A DNA stretch of 24,000 nucleotides from Minisyncoccota bacterium (lineage in GTDB: Bacteria; Pseudomonadota; Alphaproteobacteria; Elsterales; Elsteraceae). Where the stretch lies: the NCBI GenBank assembly GCA_030054295.1, contig JASGCE010000009.1, positions 6,212-30,211 of the forward strand, written 5' to 3'. Positions 9,228 to 15,640 of the stretch are shown here, piece after piece (position 1 is the first letter of the stretch; each line of letters starts with the position of its first letter). A model generated the notes under the pieces. It ran no database searches, was not told where the DNA came from, and worked only from the letters and a program-made list of their open reading frames with translations. The translations under genes were made by a program, and so were the position numbers.

Positions 9228-10679
9228 CTAAGCCAGGTCGGGAGCAAAGACGCGGCATTTAAGATCGGCATAGAAGTCAAAAGACCAGTGCCCCCCTTCT
9301 CGTCCAATCCCCGATAGTCCATTGCCGCCAAAGGGTTGCCGCAGATCGCGGACAAAAAAGCAATTGTTCCAAATAATTCCAGCCGGGATGGCCTGGCTGA
9401 CCCTTTCAGCGCGGGACCTGTCGCTGGTGATAATCACCGCCGCCAGCCCGTAATCGGTGTCATTGGCCAGGGCAATGGCCTCAGCTTCGCTGCTGAAGCT
9501 GCTCAGGGTCAATACTGGCCCAAAGACTTCGGACTGCCAGATTTCGCTGCTGGCGGGCGGGTCGAGGAACAGGGTCGGGCTAAAATACAATCCGCCCAAT
9601 TCTTGATTGGGATTACCGCCGAGGGGGCAGACGAGTCCAGACTCCTTGGCCCGCTCGACAAAACCCTTGACCCGATCAAAATGAACCCGACTGATCTGGG
9701 GGCCGAGGTCAATGGCCTCGTCACGAGGGTCACCCTGGCGTAGAGTCCTCGCCCGCTTGACAAAGTTTTCGAGAAACTCGGCGCGGATGGATTGCTCGAC
9801 CAGAATTCGCGTTCCGGCCAAACAGACCTGGCCAGCATTGTCATATTGTCCGACCGCCAGCTCCACCGCGCGATCCAGATCAGCATCGGCAAAGACAATA
9901 AAGGGCGATTTTCCCCCCAATTCAAATGACAATGGCACCAGATTTTGCCCAGCCGCGACGGCAATCGAACGGGCGGTAGCGACCGAACCGGTAAAGGCCA
10001 TCCGCCGCAGCCCGCGATGGGCCGCCAATGCTGCGCCAGCCTCGCTACCTATGCCCTGCACGACATTAAAGACTCCCGCTGGCACATTGGCCTCGGCAAA
10101 AACATCGGCCAGCAGCGAAGCGGTCAAGGGTGCCCATTCGGGGGGCTTAAAGACCACCGTGCAACCCGCCGCCAAGGCCGGGGCAATCCGCCAAGAGCCC
10201 AACATCAGCGGGGCATTCCACGGGGTGATGATTCCCGCCACGCCACTGCCTTCCCACGAAACCTTATTAACATGGTCGCGGGTGATAAAATCATCGTGAT
10301 GGAGCCGCATCAATTCTTCGGCAAAATAGCGGAAATTATGGGCCACCCGCGGCATGACCCCGCGGCGATGGGATCGCAACAGAGAGCCATTGTCGGCGGT
10401 CTCGACCTGGGCCAGAGTCTCGATCCGCCCCTCGATCAGTTCGGCGACCCTTAGCAAATGGCCGGCCCTTTTTTCTGCCGTCAGGTTTTTCCACTGCGGA
10501 AAGGCCTGCTGTGCCGCGGCAACCGCGCGGTCAACCATTGCGGCATCGGCAGCGGCAACCTCGCCCAAGGGAGATTCATCGATGGGGGAAATATCCAAAA
10601 ACGACCTAGGGGAATCGACCCGCTCGCCGCCAATAAAATGACGATGATCAACCCGGTGGTTTTCGATTGAGATCGACAT
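9228..10679 (-). CDS. NAD(P)-dependent aldehyde dehydrogenase (hydroxymuconic-semialdehyde dehydrogenase-like)
   Basis: 483-aa ORF with the catalytic Glu motif ELGGKSP and the catalytic Cys motif GQVCLAGTR. It is the first gene of the five-gene operon. Confidence 0.9.
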   Translation of the reverse strand: MSISIENHRVDHRHFIGGERVDSPRSFLDISPIDESPLGEVAAADAAMVDRAVAAAQQAFPQWKNLTAEKRAGHLLRVAELIEGRIETLAQVETADNGSLLRSHRRGVMPRVAHNFRYFAEELMRLHHDDFITRDHVNKVSWEGSGVAGIITPWNAPLMLGSWRIAPALAAGCTVVFKPPEWAPLTASLLADVFAEANVPAGVFNVVQGIGSEAGAALAAHRGLRRMAFTGSVATARSIAVAAGQNLVPLSFELGGKSPFIVFADADLDRAVELAVGQYDNAGQVCLAGTRILVEQSIRAEFLENFVKRARTLRQGDPRDEAIDLGPQISRVHFDRVKGFVERAKESGLVCPLGGNPNQELGGLYFSPTLFLDPPASSEIWQSEVFGPVLTLSSFSSEAEAIALANDTDYGLAAVIITSDRSRAERVSQAIPAGIIWNNCFFVRDLRQPFGGNGLSGIGREGGHWSFDFYADLKCRVFAPDLA

Positions 10680-10810
10680 TTATCCCCCCCTTTATGGCAT
10701 TTGTTTCTTTGTTTTGAACTCAGTCCCGATCGCTTTTAAAAATCGTTCGACATCGTATAGTTCCATCGTAAAATGCCTATGTCAAGGAATAATTTTTTGG
10801 ATTTATGCAT

Positions 10811-11169
10811 TGTTCACTTGAGAAAGGTCTGAAAAAGTGATTTTTTAATGACAATCGGGCAACCCCCCTTAGTCTCACTAAGCAGCAAGCTGCATCCGCT
10901 GACGCATGTCAGCATTCGCTGACGGGTCGACTATTCCCCCCTTCTGAAGAAGGGGGGATAAAGTAGCAATGATTACAATAGCTTACACCTCCCCTTCTTT
11001 AGAAGGGGAGGATAGCAAACCTTAGCGAAGACGAAGTCGAGCTTTAGGTTTGCTTGGAGGGGTTGGTTTTTGTTTATAATCAACAGAGTAACCAACCCCT
11101 CCAAGTCTCGCTAGGCAGCAAGCTGCCAAGCTGCGACTATCCTCCCCTTCCTAAAGCAGGAAGGGGAGG
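10811..11169. repeat. Nested-hairpin repeat, copy C (most complete: leader plus unit 2 plus unit 1a reverse plus unit 1b)
   Basis: The leader TGTTCACTTGAGAAAGGTCTGAAAAA is at 10811-10836. Unit 2 forward is at 10860-10959, unit 1a reverse at 10988-11065, a 27-nt spacer follows, and unit 1b forward is at 11093-11169. The left part is the inverted copy of B and the right part is a direct copy of A. Confidence 0.9.
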
Positions 11170-11206
11170 TGAATTGATTTTATAACAGTTTGTCATCAGT
11201 CTGAAA

Positions 11207-12706
11207 TCAATCGATCTGGTTTTTACCGAGCTCACGATAGGCACTCGGATTGCGTTTTGCCAAGATCGAGCCAATGATAAAGCCAAAAACCGCCGCAGCC
11301 GGCACCGATAAAGGCAAGAGATAGGCCATAACCACCGTATAGGGTTTAGCAGGATCCGCCCCGATCAAAATGTCGAAGTTGCGCGAGACCAGAACCGCAA
11401 TCATTGTCATCAATACCCCAGCAAAAACTGGCATGACCGACATGGTGAAGAACTCCTTGCCCTGATCCGACATTCTTAAACTATAGGAAGATATGGCGAA
11501 GGAGACCAATGCCATAATGCTGATAATCGCCAAGGTTCCCGTATTGGTCATCCAGGTAAACATCCCCAGCACCGGGTCAATACCCGACAGAGCAAAAAGC
11601 GCGACAAAGAGGATTGAGATAATGGTTTGCATTATCGAACTCTTATGGGGGCTTTGGTGAATCTCGTGGGTGTGGCCAAGATGGCTGGGCAGCAAACCCT
11701 CTCTCCCCAAAACATAAAAATAGCGCGAGGTCGCATTGTGAAAAGCCAGCAAGGCCGCAAAGAGACTCGAGACAAACAGAAGCTGGATCGGCAGGGTCAA
11801 CCAACTACCGGCATATTTGTCGGTCAGACTATAGATAAAGAGCGTCGGGTCGGGAACGCCATCCGGAGTCTTGAGTCCGGCGATGGTCTCAACGAGTCGT
11901 TCGGCCCCCGCACCCTCGACCATTAACCAGGTGGTGACGGTGTAAAAGATTCCAATCGCCAGCACCGCAGCATAGGTCGCGCGGGGAACGGTTTTTTTCG
12001 GCTCCCTGGCCTCCTCCGAATAGATGGTCGTCGATTCAAAACCCATGAAGGAGGCAAAACAGAGCAGGAACCCCAAAATCGGCGTCCCGCTCAACAGGGC
12101 ATGAAGGCTGAAGCTGGTCATACCAATGCCGTTACCACTGGCTCCACCCTTACCCACAATCAACAGGTCGAGGATAAAGACGGCCAGATATTCCAAAATC
12201 ACCAACAGGGTCAAGATCTTCATCGATAGTTCGATCTTACGATAGCCCATAATACTGATGAGAAGCACACAAAAACCAGCATAGAGATACCAGGGCAAAT
12301 AGAGGCCGAATAGTGCCCCGATGGTTCCCTCAGTCACCGCACCAAAGAGTCCATAGAGTCCAATCTGCATCGTAATATAGGCCAGCATCGCCGTATAGGC
12401 CGTGGCGGCTCCAATCCGACCGTTAAAGCCCTGAGAAGCAAAGGCATAAAACGATCCAGCATTGTTAATATATCGGGCTATTCGCGTATAGCCGACCGAA
12501 AAAACCAGCAGCAATAGCGTAATCAGCAAAAAGGCAAAGGGAACCCCGGCCCCATTACCTAGCAACATGCCAACCGGCGTGCCACCAGCAATCCCGGTCA
12601 AGGGAGCCGCCGCCGAGATCACAAAAAAAGTAATCGCCGCTACCCCAAGCGAACCTTGGCGCAGACGATTTTTAGATTTTTGCGGGTTTGATTCTGATTC
12701 AGTCAT
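11207..12706 (-). CDS. APC-superfamily amino acid/amine permease
   Basis: 499-aa, highly hydrophobic ORF with about 12 TM segments judged by eye. An AGGAGG Shine-Dalgarno sequence lies upstream. The composition and length are typical of APC permeases. Confidence 0.8.
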   Translation of the reverse strand: MTESESNPQKSKNRLRQGSLGVAAITFFVISAAAPLTGIAGGTPVGMLLGNGAGVPFAFLLITLLLLVFSVGYTRIARYINNAGSFYAFASQGFNGRIGAATAYTAMLAYITMQIGLYGLFGAVTEGTIGALFGLYLPWYLYAGFCVLLISIMGYRKIELSMKILTLLVILEYLAVFILDLLIVGKGGASGNGIGMTSFSLHALLSGTPILGFLLCFASFMGFESTTIYSEEAREPKKTVPRATYAAVLAIGIFYTVTTWLMVEGAGAERLVETIAGLKTPDGVPDPTLFIYSLTDKYAGSWLTLPIQLLFVSSLFAALLAFHNATSRYFYVLGREGLLPSHLGHTHEIHQSPHKSSIMQTIISILFVALFALSGIDPVLGMFTWMTNTGTLAIISIMALVSFAISSYSLRMSDQGKEFFTMSVMPVFAGVLMTMIAVLVSRNFDILIGADPAKPYTVVMAYLLPLSVPAAAVFGFIIGSILAKRNPSAYRELGKNQID

Positions 12707-12998
12707 GGTTTCCTCCTGTAAGTGAAGATTTTTATGAGAATGGCTTATCTAACCATAGTTCTGGTGCGAAGATCAGCAACCCCTGCCTTGCCATAACACC
12801 TTGATAGGAGGGATTATAGATGGATTATTGATAGTTTAAGGATCGACAGTACTGTTCGTTCTCGAATGATCCACCAATTAATTTAATTTTACAAGATTTT
12901 TTTTGCAATCTCTGAAGCCTCAGCCTATTTTAGCCAATTGATGAGACAGACGCTTGTATAGTCTATAGTAAACCATCTTGACCCGGTTGGTAGTCACC

Positions 12999-13487
12999 AT
13001 GTCGATTAAACCCACTGCCGAGATTCTCGGCGAACAGAAGGTTGCCTCCCTTCCCATCAACCGCGAGGCCATGGCCCTGGTCTCCAACCTGCACCGCGCC
13101 TCGAGTCTGATTCGCCAGCATTTTGAAGCCCTGGTTTTAAGCACCAATGGACTCCATTGGTCGGCCTTTGTGACTCTCTGGTGTTTGTGGATTTTTGGCG
13201 AATTGCCGACCCACCGACTCTCGCAAGAGGTCGGGATTGCCAAAAGCAGCCTATCGTCGATTTTGAATGACCTCGAGAAACGCGGGTTTTTAGTCCGCCG
13301 CACCCCACCCGAAGAAAGGCGGCAATGCCTAGTGCAACTGACCGCCAAGGGCGAGCAGCTATTGTCCGATATATTCCCCCGCTTTAACGAGGAGGAGGCA
13401 GCAATTCTGGTGGGTTTGACCCCCTCCGCCATGGCCGTGACGACCAATCTGCTGAGGGATTTAATTGCCAAACTGGATGAGGAATGA
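12999..13487 (+). CDS. MarR-family transcriptional regulator
   Basis: 162 aa from the ATG at 12999 (the track uses a TTG at 12978). The winged-helix region is LSQEVGIAKSSLSSILNDLEKRGFLVRRTPPEERRQCLVQLTAKGEQLL. The gene is divergent from the permease. Confidence 0.8.
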   Translation: MSIKPTAEILGEQKVASLPINREAMALVSNLHRASSLIRQHFEALVLSTNGLHWSAFVTLWCLWIFGELPTHRLSQEVGIAKSSLSSILNDLEKRGFLVRRTPPEERRQCLVQLTAKGEQLLSDIFPRFNEEEAAILVGLTPSAMAVTTNLLRDLIAKLDEE

Positions 13488-13552
13488 GGGGAGGAGGGAA
13501 TGTTAAATCTTATGAAAACCCCTCATCGCGTTACGAAGTAAGGCGATCCAGC

Positions 13553-13650
13553 GGGGGAGTCGAACGAAGTGAGACGGGGGCGTCATCCCCCACTTTTATT
13601 CTCCGTTAACCTCAGATTTCAAAATTATGTTCAGATTTCTCAAGTGAACA
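13553..13650. repeat. Degenerate, internally deleted copy D of the repeat family (inverted relative to copy C)
   Basis: 13636-13650 is an exact 15-nt reverse-complement match to TGTTCACTTGAGAAA at 10811-10825, followed by TCTGAA. 13553-13580 (GGGGGAGTCGAACGAAGTGAGACGGGGG) resembles the GGGGGGAATAGTCGAC...CTTAGTGAGACTAAGGGGGG ends of unit 2, with the internal hairpins missing. Confidence 0.45.
13576..13600 (+). terminator. Possible weak intrinsic terminator after marR
   Basis: GGGGG-cgtcat-CCCCC followed by ACTTTTATT, about 90 nt after the marR stop. The stem is short and lies inside repeat copy D. Confidence 0.3.
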
Positions 13651-13658
13651 GAGTATAA

Positions 13659-14417
13659 CTACCCCAGCAGATCACAGCCGAGAAACCGCCGACCCTGAGC
13701 CATCGCCGCCGCCATCACCGAAAAACTTCCCGCCGCCGGATCAATCACCAGATCCCCCGGATTAGTCACCGCCTCGATCAACTGCTTCTGCAATTCAACC
13801 GGCTTAGAATGACTGTGGCTGCGATCGGTAATCTTTTCATCCCACACATCCGGAATATTATGCAAACACCATACCCCCTTAGCCCGCACCGGAGACTTCT
13901 GAAAAATCACCAAATATTCCGCCGTCCGCCGCGTCCGATAACCCATGCCAATCCGCTTCTTATTCCAAGTCACCATATCGACCAGATTGAGTTCGGTGCC
14001 AGCCATCAAAGACTCCAACCCACTGCAAACAATAAACTTATCAACCCACAGCATGAGATGCCCCTGCGGCGTTAGTACCCGCTCAATCTCGCTGAGGAAC
14101 TCGGCAATAATATCCTCCGGCATCTGCGGCAAACTGGCGCGATGCTTCTGCCGCGCCCCCTCATTACCATAGGCCTGCTTGTCGAGCACCGTCCGATATT
14201 GCGGATCAAAAAACACCAGCGGCACAGTCTTGTCCTCGACCCGCGCCAACAGCTCCAAACCATTCATCTGCTGCCGCTGATTGATCGCCAAACCCTCAAT
14301 CCCCTTAAAAACCGGCGCCTTGGCCGTGCGAAGCTTGGAATAGACCGACTTGATATTATCAGAAGTAACCGTCTTATTGGGTGCCGCCGCCGCTGCTATA
14401 ATTTGAGGCATCTTCAT
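13659..14417 (-). CDS. Site-specific DNA methyltransferase, N6-adenine/N4-cytosine class (beta-type motif order)
   Basis: 252-aa ORF. Motif IV, VFFDPQY (a DPPY variant), comes first. The AdoMet-binding region HSKPVELQKQLIEAVTNPGDLVIDPAAGSFS lies near the C-terminus. G+C resembles the host genes. Confidence 0.85.
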   Translation of the reverse strand: MKMPQIIAAAAAPNKTVTSDNIKSVYSKLRTAKAPVFKGIEGLAINQRQQMNGLELLARVEDKTVPLVFFDPQYRTVLDKQAYGNEGARQKHRASLPQMPEDIIAEFLSEIERVLTPQGHLMLWVDKFIVCSGLESLMAGTELNLVDMVTWNKKRIGMGYRTRRTAEYLVIFQKSPVRAKGVWCLHNIPDVWDEKITDRSHSHSKPVELQKQLIEAVTNPGDLVIDPAAGSFSVMAAAMAQGRRFLGCDLLG

Positions 14418-14424
14418 ATCCTGC

Positions 14425-14497
14425 TGTAACTGTGACCAAGTATCTGTAAAAAATTATTACAGAATAACCAGTTACAAGCAATAGTTAATGTTAACTA
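14425..14497. promoter_or_regulatory. Cluster of nested and perfect palindromes between the two methyltransferase genes
   Basis: TGTAACTG (14425-14432) pairs with CAGTTACA (14469-14476). This encloses CTGTAA (14444-14449) paired with TTACAG (14457-14462). TAGTTAA-tg-TTAACTA follows at 14482-14497. Function is unknown; candidates are a terminator for the C5-MTase gene and/or an operator-promoter for the downstream MTase. Confidence 0.3.
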
Positions 14498-14512
14498 CCG
14501 AGCATTATCTTA

Positions 14513-15637
14513 TTAGCCTTTGATTATATTGGATAAAATTGAATCAGCCAAGGCTTGAGATAACAGAGGCGGCACCGCATTACCAATTTGTAAATTGCGA
14601 TCTCCCCGCGAACCATAGAATTGATAGCTGTCAGGAAAGGATTGCAGCCTCGCCCCCTCCCGCGTCGTCAAGGGACGCGCCACCCTGGGGTGAATACAGC
14701 GGGAGGATGATGGAGTGCTAAGGTTACGGGTGATGGTCGGTGAAGGCCGATCCCACCACAGCCGCGAATAGGTGTTTTTAAAACCCGAACTCGGGCGAAG
14801 TTCAGGCGGCAGGTCTTCAGGCGAGCCTCCATCGGGCAAGGCCTCCATCAAACGAATGAGCTGCGGATTGTTCTTTGGCGCATTGTGATCCGATAGTTTA
14901 GTCGGGGCCGATTCGCGCATTTTTATTTGATATGGGTTTTGGGCTGCGGTTCGATAATGGTCAGACTCCTCGCCCGAAGCAATCAGCGGCAAATCGCCAA
15001 TGGCATCGGATAATGTCAAATAGGAAAGTTTCTTAGTGTCAAATAGGGATTCTGATTTTTGCGACTCGCCATGGGTAGAATCGGGATAGGTAAATTGGGT
15101 ATTTAATTTTGAACCGACGATTATAAGTCTTTCTCGGATCTGCGGGACACCGTAATCGGCGGCATTAAGGATTCTATACTGTACCTTGTAACCAATCGAT
15201 TCAAATAATTCAATAATATTTGTCAGAAGTTTTCCTTGATCCATCGACTCCAAACCCTTTACATTCTCGAAAATAAAGAGTTTAGGGTTAATCTCGGTAA
15301 GTAATCGAAAATACTGGTTAAATAATCGAGCCCTTGGATCATCTGAATTTCGCTTGCCAACGGTAGAAAAGGCCTGACAGGGCGGCCCGCCGATAATGAC
15401 GTCAATCTCACCCGATTTGATGCCTAAATCTTGGGACAGATCCTCAGCCGAAAACTCGGCAATATCCCTTTGATAAATCGGAACGGACGGGTGATTGAGA
15501 CTATAGGCCTTGGCCATGGCGGGCAAAATTTCATTCGCCGCGACGATTTTAAAATTCTGATTCTGACTGAAACCATAACTCAGCCCACCAACACCAGCAA
15601 AAAGATCGAGGAGTTTGATTTTTGAATCGGTTGGCAT
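14513..15637 (-). CDS. DNA (cytosine-5) methyltransferase
   Basis: 374-aa ORF with the full m5C-MTase motif set: I LDLFAGVGGLSYGF, IV GGPPCQAFS, VI FIFENVKGL, VIII QIRERLIIVG, IX-like RPLTTREGARLQSFPD and X GNAVPPLL. The gene is AT-rich relative to its neighbours. Confidence 0.95.
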   Translation of the reverse strand: MPTDSKIKLLDLFAGVGGLSYGFSQNQNFKIVAANEILPAMAKAYSLNHPSVPIYQRDIAEFSAEDLSQDLGIKSGEIDVIIGGPPCQAFSTVGKRNSDDPRARLFNQYFRLLTEINPKLFIFENVKGLESMDQGKLLTNIIELFESIGYKVQYRILNAADYGVPQIRERLIIVGSKLNTQFTYPDSTHGESQKSESLFDTKKLSYLTLSDAIGDLPLIASGEESDHYRTAAQNPYQIKMRESAPTKLSDHNAPKNNPQLIRLMEALPDGGSPEDLPPELRPSSGFKNTYSRLWWDRPSPTITRNLSTPSSSRCIHPRVARPLTTREGARLQSFPDSYQFYGSRGDRNLQIGNAVPPLLSQALADSILSNIIKG

Positions 15638-15640
15638 AAT

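Noticed and set aside
9203-9355. 51-codon N-terminal extension of the LigB-type dioxygenase ORF
   Set aside because: It would overlap the ALDH 3' end by 128 nt. The internal ATG at 9202 has a Shine-Dalgarno sequence and matches the typical family N-terminus.
9712-10299. 195-aa plus-strand ORF, and neighbouring ORFs, inside the aldehyde dehydrogenase gene
   Set aside because: These are antisense shadow frames of a gene with intact ALDH catalytic motifs.
12920-13471. 183-aa minus-strand ORF overlapping marR
   Set aside because: The plus-strand frame encodes a clean MarR winged-helix domain. The minus-strand frame is Arg/Ser-rich with no motif.
13545-13575. tRNA-like T-arm / 3'-end fragment (reverse strand GTTCGACTCCCCCGCTGGATCGCC), which might mark an island att site
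   Set aside because: No complementary acceptor or T-stem 5' strand and no cloverleaf can be drawn, and no second copy occurs at the other side of the R-M genes. The segment is better explained as the GTCGAC...CCCCCC end of repeat unit 2.
3467-13650. Whether the recurring GGGGAGG/CCTCCCC repeats are a CRISPR array
   Set aside because: The copies are kilobases apart, long (180-360 nt), internally palindromic and present in both orientations. There is no regular repeat-spacer periodicity and there are no cas genes.
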